A DNA stretch of 64,000 nt, taken from the NCBI GenBank assembly GCA_963847445.1, contig CAWJZV010000030.1, positions 224,001 to 288,000 on the forward strand, in the 5' to 3' direction. Source of the stretch: an uncultured delta proteobacterium. GTDB lineage: Bacteria > Desulfobacterota > Binatia > UBA9968. The position numbers and the translations under genes were made by a program. The notes beneath the pieces are model-generated. The model had not been told where the DNA came from, made no database searches, and saw nothing but the letters and a program-made list of their open reading frames with translations. This document shows, piece by piece, positions 1 through 10,700 of this stretch. Within the stretch, counting starts at the first letter, position 1, and each line of letters opens with the position of its first letter.

Positions 1-403
1 TCGCTGGTATGACGGTTGAACTCTCCCCACCACCCCACAGCGCAATCAGCCCCGCCGCATGCGCACACACCTCATCCCAACCGACAGCGCTCTGCCCTTT
101 CTCCGACCGCCGCCGTCCCTTGGTAATCAACCGGCACAGATTGGCGTAGCCGCCACGATCCTGGGCCAGCAAAACAATTGTCGAGCCGTCATCGATCGAG
201 ATCTCCGAGCCGATGATCAGCTTCAGCCCCACCTCGCGCGCCTTCACATGCGCCCGCACGACGCCATAGACCCCATCCCGGTCGGTCAACGCCAACGCCG
301 GCAGGCCCTGCCGAAACGCCTCATCGACCAACTCATCCGGATGGCTCGCGCCTTCGAGGAAGGAAAAATTACTTTTGCACCAGAGGGGAATGTAGGAGGA
401 CAT
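1..403 (-). CDS. dnaE2: Error-prone DNA polymerase III alpha subunit DnaE2/ImuC, N-terminal PHP domain (runs off the window)
   Basis: My translation from the ATG at 403: MSSYIPLWCKSNFSFLEGASHPDELVDEAFRQGLPALALTDRDGVYGVVRAHVKA...LLAQDRGGYANLCRLIT. SNFSFLEGASHP and ALTDRDG are DnaE2-type motifs. Confidence 0.93.
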   Translation of the reverse strand, partial: MSSYIPLWCKSNFSFLEGASHPDELVDEAFRQGLPALALTDRDGVYGVVRAHVKAREVGLKLIIGSEISIDDGSTIVLLAQDRGGYANLCRLITKGRRRSEKGQSAVGWDEVCAHAAGLIALWGGGESSTVIPA

Positions 404-410
404 TGGGAAA

Positions 411-440
411 ACCTACTTGGCTAGAACAGCCTAAGTAGGT
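411..440. promoter_or_regulatory. Near-perfect inverted repeat just upstream of dnaE2 (operator or RNA hairpin)
   Basis: acctacttggct-agaac-agcctaagtaggt. Confidence 0.4.
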
Positions 441-639
441 CGATCTCGTCCGAAATGCAATAAAAACGGCAAATCGCCAGTAGCTTGAGAACTTTCCGTA
501 TAGTCGATACCGGCAGGGGGGCGAAGCGGAATCAGAATGCTACTAAGAGGCAGATAAAAAGAGGGGGCCGTCCACCCCCCTCCGACCACCAGAATGATCG
601 GAGGGGAAGTTGGCGCAAACCAAGATGCTGGTGTTTAAA

Positions 640-2241
640 TCACAGCACCAAGCGCAATTTTAAGATCGCAGCGATTTCGTTGAAAACGGCAGTGAGCTGC
701 TGCGTGACGTTGCCGCTATCGTCGACGATAAAGACCTTGCCCTTCTCTTGAGTCGTATCGATGCAAGGACCGGTGCCACAGGGCCAGGATTGGAGCAAGT
801 CAGCGTGGGTATCGCCGTCGACAGTCGTCGTGAACACGCCGTTACAAACCGTCGTCATGGTCTCAACGACACCCGTAGATAAAGTGACTATATCTGTGGC
901 GTTAGCCATACGCGCGAGCATGCATTTCGCGTTAGCATCCAAGCTACCTTGCGGCTGGCTAGCGCTCGGTTGGCCGATCGCGATGGCAAAAAACACGACG
1001 TCGTGCGCCCCGCCTGCGGCGCAGGCGCTATTACCATAGCCACAGTTGCGAATTTGATTGGCTTCGTGCATCGCTCCGTTAGTAACGCATCCCGTGATCG
1101 ACCGAGTACAGCGAATTACCTCGCGGTACAAAGCAGCGTTATCGCCTGATCCAGGAATGCGCCCAGCTGCACTGAGATTAGAAAAATCCTTTCGTCGCAT
1201 GTATTGTTGTGAAGAACTGCTAGTCCAGCTTGGAACACCGTGTATGCATCCACCGCTCACCCCTCCGGTATTTCCCGGCGCGGGCAAAATGTTTCCTGGG
1301 AGTATCGGGTTATGCTCACACTCCGAAGCGCTGTCCCGCCGCATGAAGGTCGGTTGTCCATCGGTAACGAGCAGAACGGCCTTCCGGGTCGTCGCACGGG
1401 TTGGATCGGTAAACGCCGCAGCCAACGGCGGCCGAGCCGTCCGCACCCCCTCCATTGTATTCGTACCACCGTTGCCGCCGTTGGTGGACAGCGCGGTAAC
1501 CTTGCTTTGCAACGTGCTGATGTAACTGCTCGTGGCAAAATCCAAAGCGGCATCAGGAGCACAGGTAGCGGCCGTCGAGTCGACTCCCGACGAGTTACCA
1601 CAACCACGCCACGCGAAGCTGGTCATGCCGATCCGGTCATTCGCCGAGAATAGATTCGATAACCCCAAGAATGAGTTGACAGCCGATTTTAGCGAAGCGA
1701 TTCTCATCGTGCCAGTCCCATCAGTCGCGTCCATTGACCCGGAGCGATCGAGCACGAGCATCAGGTCGATAGGTCGCTCCGGCCCCGCTTCGGCTTGGAC
1801 GACGACATTGATGGTTGAATAATCACCGGGCGCCATCCAGCCGAGAAATCTCAGAAACGTCGTCGGTACTGGCTCGCTGCCAATGATGCGAACCGCGCGC
1901 AAATCCGGACCGCCGGCCACGGGCATGTTGAAAAAAGATATCGTGGCGGTGATCGGTGCACCGCTGGTGGTCGAGCAGGTATTGCCACCAGTCCAAGCAA
2001 CCTGTGCACCGTTCATGAGCATGGAATCGCAAGCCGCTCGGGTGGCGTCGGTCTCGAAGGCGACTTGTCCTTTCAGGACTTTTGCCGCGGCCAACGCCGC
2101 GCCGTCTATAAGACGAGAGACACGCGCCTTCTCCAGATAGGCGCGGCCAAAGTCAACGGCAAAGCCGATAAATGTTCCCAGGAGGGCAAACCCCAGAGTG
2201 AGAAAGACAAGAAATGAGCCTCTTTGGTTTAGCTTGCGCAT
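640..2241 (-). CDS. TadG-like Flp pilus protein with VWA domain
   Basis: N-terminal RGS...TM...AVDFGRAY Tad motif; VWA motifs DRSGSM, GGTN, VTDG. Confidence 0.85.
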   Translation of the reverse strand: MRKLNQRGSFLVFLTLGFALLGTFIGFAVDFGRAYLEKARVSRLIDGAALAAAKVLKGQVAFETDATRAACDSMLMNGAQVAWTGGNTCSTTSGAPITATISFFNMPVAGGPDLRAVRIIGSEPVPTTFLRFLGWMAPGDYSTINVVVQAEAGPERPIDLMLVLDRSGSMDATDGTGTMRIASLKSAVNSFLGLSNLFSANDRIGMTSFAWRGCGNSSGVDSTAATCAPDAALDFATSSYISTLQSKVTALSTNGGNGGTNTMEGVRTARPPLAAAFTDPTRATTRKAVLLVTDGQPTFMRRDSASECEHNPILPGNILPAPGNTGGVSGGCIHGVPSWTSSSSQQYMRRKDFSNLSAAGRIPGSGDNAALYREVIRCTRSITGCVTNGAMHEANQIRNCGYGNSACAAGGAHDVVFFAIAIGQPSASQPQGSLDANAKCMLARMANATDIVTLSTGVVETMTTVCNGVFTTTVDGDTHADLLQSWPCGTGPCIDTTQEKGKVFIVDDSGNVTQQLTAVFNEIAAILKLRLVL

Positions 2242-2266
2242 AATTACTCCCTCTCATGCTTTTAGG

Positions 2267-2842
2267 CTACACCGAGCCGCTGACATTGGTAAAAATAGTC
2301 CTATCGTAGAAATCAGTGTTAATTCCCTTGCCAACATAGGTAACGATGTACGGTAAGTAGTTGAAATAGACTTCTATGACTTGGAAAGTTTGCCCCGCTA
2401 TAACACTGCCGATACCGGGAATAGTAACGATCTCATTGACCGCGCCGGTGCTGCTCAGCTTGCTATTTTTGACCAGCAGCCCGCGCGTCAATTGACTTTC
2501 AATTCGGTACGTACAGGGAGTCGTCGGTGGATTGGGACATGGGACAGTAATGTCTTGGGTCACCTTGGAATAAATGATCTTCCAGTTGGCTTGATTGGAT
2601 GTCTTGAATGTATCCGACGCCGACGCGATGATGGCATCGAGAGCATTACTGGCTGTGGTGCCGCGGGAAACCAAATTAGCGCCTTCGCGGGAAGTATGGG
2701 TCATCGTTAAATGAGTGCTGATAACCTGGCCTACTTCGATGGCGCCGTAGGCGAGAAATATCATGAGTGGCGCGATCAGCGACAGCTCGATGAGCGACTG
2801 CCCCTTCTGTGAACCGAGCCTAGATCTTAGTGATTGCATCAT
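2267..2842 (-). CDS. TadE/TadG family pseudopilin
   Basis: GQSLIELSLIAP prepilin-like motif; SREGA. Confidence 0.85.
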   Translation of the reverse strand: MMQSLRSRLGSQKGQSLIELSLIAPLMIFLAYGAIEVGQVISTHLTMTHTSREGANLVSRGTTASNALDAIIASASDTFKTSNQANWKIIYSKVTQDITVPCPNPPTTPCTYRIESQLTRGLLVKNSKLSSTGAVNEIVTIPGIGSVIAGQTFQVIEVYFNYLPYIVTYVGKGINTDFYDRTIFTNVSGSV

Positions 2843-2859
2843 AATACCTCCAAGTTTGT

Positions 2860-3375
2860 TTAGAACGGCTCGTTCTTCCAGGTCGTGCTCAGTTGAAACG
2901 GCACGCCACCGGACGGGAAGAAGCGGGAGAAAAACGGCATCAACGAGGGTTTAGACAGATTGACCGTAACCACGACGGTTTGGTTCGACCCTCCGCCCGG
3001 TTGGCTGCAGCTACCGTTTAGACAGGCGAACTGAAAATTACTCGTTCCTAAATTGGGGCACTGCACCCCCGCGGCGATAACGTTGGCGCAGAAAACGTCG
3101 TGAATCATCTGGTCGCGAGGAATAGCAACACCGGCGCCGTCGGTTCCCGTCTTGCCGGTGACCATGTACCGGCCCGCGGTACGCAGCGCGTGCTGTAACG
3201 TAACCTTGGAGTACAGCAAGTGAGAAAACTCCACGATCGCCATGAACAAGGAAAAAAATATCAAGAAACCGAAAGTCAGCTCGACGACGGCTTGGCCGTC
3301 TCGACGGGTAATCGGTGTAGCACCTAGCATATAGACTCCTCCTCTCGGGCTCTCGCCACCACGGATCATTGGCAT
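2860..3375 (-). CDS. TadE family pseudopilin
   Basis: GQAVVELT..F motif; ALRTAGRY. Confidence 0.85.
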   Translation of the reverse strand: MPMIRGGESPRGGVYMLGATPITRRDGQAVVELTFGFLIFFSLFMAIVEFSHLLYSKVTLQHALRTAGRYMVTGKTGTDGAGVAIPRDQMIHDVFCANVIAAGVQCPNLGTSNFQFACLNGSCSQPGGGSNQTVVVTVNLSKPSLMPFFSRFFPSGGVPFQLSTTWKNEPF

Positions 3376-3713
3376 CCGGATGCTAAGTCACATGTGAGAT
3401 TATGAACCGTAATTGGCGTTGTTAGTGGAGGGGAAAGAGCAACTCCGATGCCATTTTTGACAAAGCACCTGAGCGCACTCCTGGGTCATGCGTTGATAGA
3501 TAGGGCGTTTGTCGAGCGCCAGTCTGCCAAATTCGGCGCCCCTTGCCGTACATTTTCCACCAATTGATTCACCGAACAAAATTGTTCAGACAGCAACTAC
3601 GACAAACGAAGGGCGGAACTTCCTGGCAAACGACTGGAGACGCGGGGGAGGAACAGGCAAATTCGACGAATCACCTTGGCACCTTTGGGAAGTCGCGACG
3701 GCGAAGATTCGCT

Positions 3714-4316
3714 CTACCTAAACTGTCCATGGTTTGCCAAAACTTGCTGACTACGAAAGCAACCCTCCGCATGGTCGTTGACCATGCCGGTGGCTTGCAT
3801 ATGGGCATAGATTATCGTCGATCCGACGAATTTGAAGCCACGCTGTTTGAGATCTTTACTCAAGGCGTCTGACTCGCGGCTGGTGGCCGGATAATCTTTC
3901 AGTTTTGTAAGACGATTGACGATCGGCTTGCCGCCAACGAAGCGCCAGATGTAGGCGTCAAAGTTGCCGAACTCTTTTTGGATCTGTAAAAATTTGCCGG
4001 CGTTGTTGACCGCGGCGTGGATTTTCAAGCGATTGCGAATGATACCTGGATTATTCAGCAACGCCTCGATCTGCTGCTCGCCATAGCGCGCGACTTTTGC
4101 CGGATCGAAACCGGCAAACGCTTCGCGGTAAGCTTCCCGCTTGCGCAGCACGGTGTACCAGCTCAATCCCGCCTGGGCGGCTTCCAAAGTGAGAAACTCA
4201 AAGATCACGCGATCGTCATGCACCGGCACGCCCCATTCGCGGTCATGATACTCGACATAATCCGGCTTGGTCATGTCGACCCAAGGGCAGCGGTCTTTGT
4301 TGTCATAACCTTTCAT
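3714..4316 (-). CDS. tag: DNA-3-methyladenine glycosylase I
   Basis: RCPW...YHDREWG, EAAQAGLSW, IIRNRLKI, GMVNDH..C. Confidence 0.95.
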   Translation of the reverse strand: MKGYDNKDRCPWVDMTKPDYVEYHDREWGVPVHDDRVIFEFLTLEAAQAGLSWYTVLRKREAYREAFAGFDPAKVARYGEQQIEALLNNPGIIRNRLKIHAAVNNAGKFLQIQKEFGNFDAYIWRFVGGKPIVNRLTKLKDYPATSRESDALSKDLKQRGFKFVGSTIIYAHMQATGMVNDHAEGCFRSQQVLANHGQFR

Positions 4317-4364
4317 GGTTCACCGGCTCCCGAAAAGGTACTTTGGAATAACTTGCCAAGCCAA

Positions 4365-4390
4365 GAGGGCGGGTTTCAAACCCGCCCCTC
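4365..4390. repeat. REP-like GC palindrome
   Basis: gagggcgggtttcaaacccgcccctc, intergenic. Confidence 0.55.
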
Positions 4391-4430
4391 GAATGTCGAT
4401 TTCTTTTTGCGCATTTTGCGTTCTTTGCGG

Positions 4431-4967
4431 CTAATTCTTTTTTGGAAACCTGCGATACAGCCGCACAATCCACCAGACGAGCGCCAGGGCGAAGCCGAAA
4501 AGAATCGCCGAGAAGGTCGACACCGGCAGTGCCGGCGGCTGCATGTGATTGGCCTTGAGAATGACGTAGTGCATGCCGAGCATCATCATGACGATCAAAC
4601 AGCCGAGTCGTTTGCCGTGGGCTGACAAGTAGCGCAGCGACTCTTCCCGGCGCGCCGGCGCCAGCCAGTAGTCGCGGTTGGGCAGGTTGGTCCAGTGCGG
4701 AAACTTGCGCGGCAAAGTGCCGACTGCGAAGCTGACCAACGCCGAGATGCCGATCAAGAACGCCAGCATGAACAGCAGATAACCGTTGCGGCTCATCCAG
4801 CCGTTGGCCTGATTGTCCCCGGCAAAATGAGTCGCCACCGAGTCGGGCAGGTAGCGCGTCGTATAAATAATAAACACCACGGCAAATACCGTCAGACAGA
4901 TCAAACTCACCAATGCGCCCGCGCCATCTTCACGCCGCACGCTCATCTTCTCGCTGGTACCACGCAT
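4431..4967 (-). CDS. DUF1648/SdpI-like membrane protein
   Basis: LPDSVATHF...ANGW motif; four TM segments. Confidence 0.8.
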   Translation of the reverse strand: MRGTSEKMSVRREDGAGALVSLICLTVFAVVFIIYTTRYLPDSVATHFAGDNQANGWMSRNGYLLFMLAFLIGISALVSFAVGTLPRKFPHWTNLPNRDYWLAPARREESLRYLSAHGKRLGCLIVMMMLGMHYVILKANHMQPPALPVSTFSAILFGFALALVWWIVRLYRRFPKKN

Positions 4968-4980
4968 AACGTTGGCCGTC

Positions 4981-5301
4981 CTAACAGATCAATGCGCTCG
5001 CCGCTTCAGTCTTGATGCCCACGATGGCGTCGCCGCACAGCTTCGGCGGTTTTCTGCCATTGGCACCCTGCCCCACCGGCCCACGGCGGAAGACGTGCCA
5101 AGCGTTCAAACCCGGAAAGCCGTCGCTGCCGTTACCCCAGTCACGGCCGGCGTCGACGATAACCAGCCGATTCGCTTGGCCGTGATATATCGAGGTGTTG
5201 CTTTTTTCCGTCGCCCGTTCTTTGAGCACAAACGCGGTGTTTCGCTGGCCATCGCCGTCGAAATCACCGTGCAGATAAAATGGCTTGATATGCGCTGACA
5301 A
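4981..5301 (-). CDS. Hypothetical protein or remnant with GDFDGDG motif
   Basis: Short ORF with an FG-GAP-like motif; looks truncated. Confidence 0.4.
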   Translation of the reverse strand: MSAHIKPFYLHGDFDGDGQRNTAFVLKERATEKSNTSIYHGQANRLVIVDAGRDWGNGSDGFPGLNAWHVFRRGPVGQGANGRKPPKLCGDAIVGIKTEAASALIC

Positions 5302-5482
5302 TTGATAGCGCTTAGCCAGCGGACTCTTCGCGAAATTGATGCGCTCCTCTGGCGGCAGGCTCGGCAGCGTTTCAAAATCGATCTCATCGGCAGCGATGCT
5401 ATCGGAATTGCAGCAACACCGATAGTAGAGCTGAGAGCCGCAGCAACACAGAGAAACCGGGATGGTGAACAGACGAAACGAT

Positions 5483-5965
5483 CTACCGGCCCGAACTGCG
5501 AACCAACGCGTCCAACCCCTCGGCGACGGAATTTTCGGAATCCGGAGTCACCTGCCCTTGCGGTGTCAGCTGATTGATTAGCTCGGGCAGCATCTGCGAC
5601 ATGGCCGAGCCCGCTTGATCTTGTGACATACCGAGTTTCGCAGCGATATCGCCGAGCGCGTCCGAGCCGAACACTTGCTGTAACTGATCCGGTGAAATGT
5701 TCATGTTCTGCCCCGTGCCTACCCAAGAGTCAGCCTGGGCGCCCATACCGGCTTCGCGGAACTTGCCGAGCACACCGCCGAGCCCGCCCTGCTGCTGCAG
5801 CATCGAAAGACCGAGCTGCAACAAAATATTTCCTGTGCTACCGCCACTGGCGCCGGTAAGGCCGCCTAAAATCGCGCTCAACGGATCTTGAGCTTGTGAC
5901 TGCCCTCGATTGCCACCTAGGGCGGCGCCAAGTACGTTTCCGAGTAAGCCATCTAATAGTCCCAT
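5483..5965 (-). CDS. YidB/DUF937 family protein
   Basis: GGLGGVLGKF..AG, SWVGTGQN, LPELINQLTPQG. Confidence 0.9.
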   Translation of the reverse strand: MGLLDGLLGNVLGAALGGNRGQSQAQDPLSAILGGLTGASGGSTGNILLQLGLSMLQQQGGLGGVLGKFREAGMGAQADSWVGTGQNMNISPDQLQQVFGSDALGDIAAKLGMSQDQAGSAMSQMLPELINQLTPQGQVTPDSENSVAEGLDALVRSSGR

Positions 5966-6133
5966 GAAATCCTCCTTACGCGATTTCTTTAAAATATGCC
6001 GACGATTCAAATACTATCCCAGGTCGCAGCACAGCCGCAATATAAACGGGGCAAGTTCTGAACTCACTCCGCCATTGCCAGTCCTTCGATAATCGGATTA
6101 CGTCTAACCATGACCGTATTGATGCGACTGCCA

Positions 6134-6544
6134 TTATTTTGATCCTTGCCGATTGCGCCGCGCTTTTCGTTCGACACCTTCGAGATGAACGCGCCGTGAC
6201 TCATCACTCTGTTGGCGCTTTTTGCGCCGGCATAGCCGGCAGCGCACCGCCGTCGTGTAGACAAATCCCTTCGCCACTTCATACCACCACTTCTGCTGCG
6301 TCCCGGTCCACACTTCTTCTTTACCGCAGTCGCCACAGCGAAACGGCCGATCGACGTAGTAGCCGCGATAGACGAAGTCGGGCGCGCCGTAACTGTTGTT
6401 CGGCGCCAGCAGGGCTTCATTCACCGGCGGCCCGAGCACGGGACGAGGTTGCCGCTCCTGCTGTTTATTGGGCGACTCAATCTTGGCCGCTTTGTGATTT
6501 CGTTTGGCCTTAATCTCAACGTACTTCTGCTTGCCGCTTTTCAT
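6134..6544 (-). CDS. Zinc-ribbon domain protein
   Basis: CGDCG...WT..QQKWWYE...RCRLCR. Confidence 0.8.
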   Translation of the reverse strand: MKSGKQKYVEIKAKRNHKAAKIESPNKQQERQPRPVLGPPVNEALLAPNNSYGAPDFVYRGYYVDRPFRCGDCGKEEVWTGTQQKWWYEVAKGFVYTTAVRCRLCRRKKRQQSDESRRVHLEGVERKARRNRQGSK

Positions 6545-6560
6545 TAACCCAATTCGATTC

Positions 6561-7103
6561 TCATCGTTCGGCTGACGCTACAGAAGTATGCACGCTGCCG
6601 GATTCGTCCCACTGAACCGCAGCGCCGACAACAATTTCGCCATCGGTGAGGACTCGTGCATAGGCGCCGCCGCGCCAGCCGTCGTACATCGCAACCTGCA
6701 GTCCGGGCAAGACTTCATCCATTCGTTCGCAAGGTTTGGTCTCGCCGCCAATTTGCAGCCGAGACGAGCCAATGCGCAAAACTTTCCCGCGCGAATTGGC
6801 CAATGAAATGCCGCGCACCAATAGGTTTGCCCGGCGCACACTGGGCTCTTTCGAACCGCCGACCAGCTTCATCAACTCATCCCAGACCTCTATTTCCAGC
6901 AAGGTAACCTGGCGTGATCCGCTTCGGTCGGCGCTCCCGGCGATGCCCTCTCCAGCGACCAGCTTTGCAGCCGGCACCGCGTCCATCGGCCCGCGATGAG
7001 CGCGCTTGATCCAGATCGCCGCCACATCACCGACGCTCGGAGTCAAAACACCGGCAGGAACCGGGTGAAGTTTTGCTTTAGGTAATCTCAAGATATCCTT
7101 CAT
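6561..7103 (-). CDS. MOSC domain protein
   Basis: RQVTL, RRANLLV, PCERM, RGG.YARV. Confidence 0.9.
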   Translation of the reverse strand: MKDILRLPKAKLHPVPAGVLTPSVGDVAAIWIKRAHRGPMDAVPAAKLVAGEGIAGSADRSGSRQVTLLEIEVWDELMKLVGGSKEPSVRRANLLVRGISLANSRGKVLRIGSSRLQIGGETKPCERMDEVLPGLQVAMYDGWRGGAYARVLTDGEIVVGAAVQWDESGSVHTSVASAER

Positions 7104-7113
7104 GGCCGGCTGA

Positions 7114-8112
7114 TTAGCGCAGGCGCTGCATAAACCCTTCTTTTTCGATCTCGTCGAGCAGGCTCATATCGACGAACTCGGCGGGATTGCGCTGCGGCGC
7201 GTTCATTTCCCGCAGGATATTTTTCAATCCTTCCAGATTGGTCCGCGGTATGGCGTCGGTGCGGCGGGCGAAGAATTCATAGGTGGCATCGGTCGCTTCG
7301 GCATCGTCGACGCGCAGATATTTCTTGAGAATCTTGATGCTGCCTTCCCGATTGGTGCGCATGTAGTGAATCGCCTCGATCTGCGCCCGCAGCAGGTTTT
7401 TCGCCAGCGGCCGCTGTTTCTCGATGAACGCGCGCGTGAGCATCCACGACGTATTCGGATAGGCGCTGAATTCGCCGATATCGGCGAGCACGTTCATGCC
7501 GCGCTTGCGCGCGATATGAATCTCCGGGTAGGAAAGAATCGTCGCGTCGATCTGTCCTAAGGTCAACGCCAATAATCGCGCATTGGTCGCGCCCGACTGG
7601 AGAATCGTCACCTGGCGCGGATCGATTTTCCAGGCGCGCAGCGCCCACTGGATGCCGGTGTCGTTGGAGCCGCCGAAGCGGAGAATGCCGATCTTCTTGC
7701 CGATCAACTGCTGCGGTGTTTTGATTTCCGCACGCGCGATGATTTCGGCCGACATGCGATTTTCCGAGGTGGCGACGAGCGCGATCGGCGCGCCGCGCAA
7801 CGCCGCCCCGATCGCCGCCGACGCCGAGTTCTGACTCAGCTGAATGCTGTTGGCGAGCAGTGCCTGCATGCCCAGCGCGCCGCCGCTGATCAACAGCGGC
7901 TCGATATCGACGCCGTACTTCTTGCCGATGTCGGCTTCCTTGATCACCCACAGCGGCATCTGGTAACCGGCAATGCCGCCGTAGCCGGCGTAAATTTTCG
8001 TCGGATCGGCGGCGGCAGCTCGATCGTGCAATACACTGCCGAACAAACTAGCGAGTAGTGCCGCCGTCGTCCAAAAGGGGAATTTTCTTATACGTGAATA
8101 ACCAAGTTTCAC
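7114..8112 (-). CDS. ABC transporter substrate-binding protein (NMT1/SsuA-like)
   Basis: Signal peptide; L.GKKIGI.RFG; GQIDA. Confidence 0.85.
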   Translation of the reverse strand: MKLGYSRIRKFPFWTTAALLASLFGSVLHDRAAAADPTKIYAGYGGIAGYQMPLWVIKEADIGKKYGVDIEPLLISGGALGMQALLANSIQLSQNSASAAIGAALRGAPIALVATSENRMSAEIIARAEIKTPQQLIGKKIGILRFGGSNDTGIQWALRAWKIDPRQVTILQSGATNARLLALTLGQIDATILSYPEIHIARKRGMNVLADIGEFSAYPNTSWMLTRAFIEKQRPLAKNLLRAQIEAIHYMRTNREGSIKILKKYLRVDDAEATDATYEFFARRTDAIPRTNLEGLKNILREMNAPQRNPAEFVDMSLLDEIEKEGFMQRLR

Positions 8113-8133
8113 ACTGACCTCGATGATCCAAAC

Positions 8134-9225
8134 TTAACCCACGACATATCGATCCAACTCCCGGCTGAACTCCAAACCCAGCCCCGGTTGAGTCGGCACC
8201 ACCAGTTCACCTTTTATCGGCGCCGGTACTTCCTGCCACAAGCGGAACGACCACGGCATATATTCCACCGTCAAGCCGTTGGGAATTGCCGAGACCAGAT
8301 GGACATGAATCTCCGGAAACAGATGGCTGACCACCGGCAAATTGAAAGCCTCCGCCATCGCCGCCACTTTCATCCAGTTGGAAATGCCGCCGACGCGGAT
8401 CAAATCGATCATGATGATATCGGCGGCGTGCGCTTCGATGGTATGGCGAAACGGCGTGATGCCGTACAAACATTCACCGCTCGCCAACGGCGTGGCCAAG
8501 GCATCGGCCACCCGCGCCAAGCCGGTGTAATCGTCATGCACGGTCACGTCTTCGAGCCAAAAGAAATGCACGTCCTCGACACGCCGGCCGATATCGATCG
8601 CCTGATTGACCGACCAGCGCTGATTGATATCGCACATGAGATCGATGTCCGGCCCCACCGCTGCGCGGGTCAAGCGCGCGCGCTCGGCCTCCTGCGCCGG
8701 GGTTACGTCACCGGGCAACGCCATCTGGGTTTTCATTTGCGTGAAACCGCGCTCGACCAGTGTCCGACAAGCTTTGAGCAGATGATCGAGCGGATAGCTG
8801 CGCACCAGCGCGCCGCTGGCGTAGGTCGGGACGCGCTCGCGCAGGCCGCCAAGCATAGTGCCAAGGGATTGGCCGAGAACTTTACCTTTGATATCCCATA
8901 GCGCCATATCGATGGCCGAGATCGCCAAAGTGAGAATGCCGCCGGGCCCGGCGCTCGCCGCCGCCGTGCGCAGTTTCTGCGTCAGCGCTTCGATGCGCAG
9001 CGGATCATCGCCGACGATCATCGCGCCCAACTGATCGATCGCCTGCTTGAGCGTCGCACTGAGCACGCCGCCAAAGAACGTCGCGCCGACGCCTTCGACA
9101 CCATCGGACGTCTCGATCCGAACTGTGACGAACATGTTATGCGCTCGTCCCGATGGCGGGCCATCGGCCAAAGGCTCGTCGACGGGTAGGCGAATCACTT
9201 GGGAACGGATGCTTTTGATTTTCAT
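8134..9225 (-). CDS. Mandelate racemase/muconate lactonizing enzyme family
   Basis: AIDMALWDIKGK, DINQRW, WLED, GGIS. Confidence 0.92.
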   Translation of the reverse strand: MKIKSIRSQVIRLPVDEPLADGPPSGRAHNMFVTVRIETSDGVEGVGATFFGGVLSATLKQAIDQLGAMIVGDDPLRIEALTQKLRTAAASAGPGGILTLAISAIDMALWDIKGKVLGQSLGTMLGGLRERVPTYASGALVRSYPLDHLLKACRTLVERGFTQMKTQMALPGDVTPAQEAERARLTRAAVGPDIDLMCDINQRWSVNQAIDIGRRVEDVHFFWLEDVTVHDDYTGLARVADALATPLASGECLYGITPFRHTIEAHAADIIMIDLIRVGGISNWMKVAAMAEAFNLPVVSHLFPEIHVHLVSAIPNGLTVEYMPWSFRLWQEVPAPIKGELVVPTQPGLGLEFSRELDRYVVG

Positions 9226-9227
9226 AG

Positions 9228-9546
9228 TTAGCCCTTTGCTCCTCGCACTACTTTAGCGATCCTCCACCGATACCACAGCGTAACAAATACTAGAAGATTC
9301 AAGATCGCGTACACCGCAACATAACACCACTGCGCCGGCGCCGAATGACCGACCGACTCGATGCCATAGCTCGCTTCGAGCCAGGACCAAAGCGGCAACA
9401 AGATAAAAGTAACGGCGAGGCTCAGTGGAATGCAGCCGAGCAGCACAGCACCTATGCGCAGCAGAGCACGCCATCGTCACCCTAAATTCCGGCAATCGAG
9501 CCGACTCAATCCATTGATAGCTTGCAGTTGGGTATCTAGCACGCAC
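9228..9546 (-). CDS. Small membrane protein (probably frameshifted)
   Basis: Two overlapping ORFs; hydrophobic segment LWSWLEASYGIESVGHS. Confidence 0.45.
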
Positions 9547-9569
9547 GGTTTCTGTTAGGACTACCTTTC

Positions 9570-10154
9570 ATGAATCGCCACCAACGACGCGCTTACTTAC
9601 GCGAACTGCGCCCCTTCTTGATCGCTAGTCTAATCTTCTTCACCGTCGGGGTGGCATTCGGCGTGGCCGTGGCGAACCGCTTTCCAGGGCTGGCCGATCA
9701 TTTCGGCGACTCCATCACCGGTTTTCTCAAAACCTTCCGCGGCCTGCCCAAGCCACAACTCGCCGTCGCGATCTTTCTCAACAATTCAGTGAAGACATTG
9801 GCCGCGATCTTGTTAGGCTTAGCCATGGGCATCGTGCCGGCGTTGTTTCTGGTCGTCAACGGCGTCGTCCTCGGCGTGGTCTTTTTTCTCTCATCCCAAA
9901 GCCGCGGCGTGTGGCCGTCGCTATTGGCGATCTTGCCCCACGGTGTCATCGAACTCGCCGCGGTATTTCTCGGCACCGCCATCGGCCTCATGCTCGGCGA
10001 CCTGGTGCTGAAACGGCTGCTGCGAAAATCCGACGCGAAAATTCGCCCCGCTCTCGGCCGCGCCCTGCGCTTTTTCGCCATCGTCATCGTGCCGATGTTG
10101 CTCATCGCCGCATTGATCGAAGCCTTCGTCACCACCGCCCTGATCGGAACCTAA
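9570..10154 (+). CDS. Stage II sporulation protein M (SpoIIM) family membrane protein
   Basis: IFLNN, NG, LPHGVIEL, AALIEAFVT. Confidence 0.9.
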   Translation: MNRHQRRAYLRELRPFLIASLIFFTVGVAFGVAVANRFPGLADHFGDSITGFLKTFRGLPKPQLAVAIFLNNSVKTLAAILLGLAMGIVPALFLVVNGVVLGVVFFLSSQSRGVWPSLLAILPHGVIELAAVFLGTAIGLMLGDLVLKRLLRKSDAKIRPALGRALRFFAIVIVPMLLIAALIEAFVTTALIGT

Positions 10155-10251
10155 TGATGCGCCATGGAGTTAGCAGGCCGCCGATCCCGTTCGGATTGAA
10201 ATAAAACTGGCGGGGATATCTCGAAGCCATTTTCGGCGAAACTCTGACGCA

Positions 10252-10677
10252 TCATCGGGATTCTACTTTAAGCGAACAATAGCGCACCAGTAATTCACGA
10301 ATCTCTGCGACACGTTGGATTGGAAATTCTCGCGATTCGGTAAGATGCCCCCACACCGGCGCCGGCCAGCAGGGATCGTCTGGTTTTCTGCCAACGATAT
10401 GCAGATGCAGCTGGGGCACGACGTTACCGATGGCGGCAAAGTTTATTTTGCCGTAGCCGAGATGCCGTTTAATGAACTGGCCAATCATCGCCGCCTCGTT
10501 TATCGCGGCAATTCTCTGCTCATCAGGGAGATCAAGTAGATCAGTGACGTCGGTTTGCGGAACTAGAATGAACCAGGGCATCACGGCATTCTTGTTGAGC
10601 AGGACATGGCAGAAGGCGAACTTTCCCAGCCGATGGCAGTCAGCGAGCAACTGGGGATGGATTTCGAATCGAGACAT
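10252..10677 (-). CDS. HIT family protein
   Basis: GNVVPQLHLHIV. Confidence 0.9.
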   Translation of the reverse strand: MSRFEIHPQLLADCHRLGKFAFCHVLLNKNAVMPWFILVPQTDVTDLLDLPDEQRIAAINEAAMIGQFIKRHLGYGKINFAAIGNVVPQLHLHIVGRKPDDPCWPAPVWGHLTESREFPIQRVAEIRELLVRYCSLKVESR

Positions 10678-10700
10678 GGAGTGTGCACCTCGCGACGGGA

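Noticed and set aside
59-424. Plus-strand 121-aa ORF
   Set aside because: It is the antisense shadow of dnaE2.
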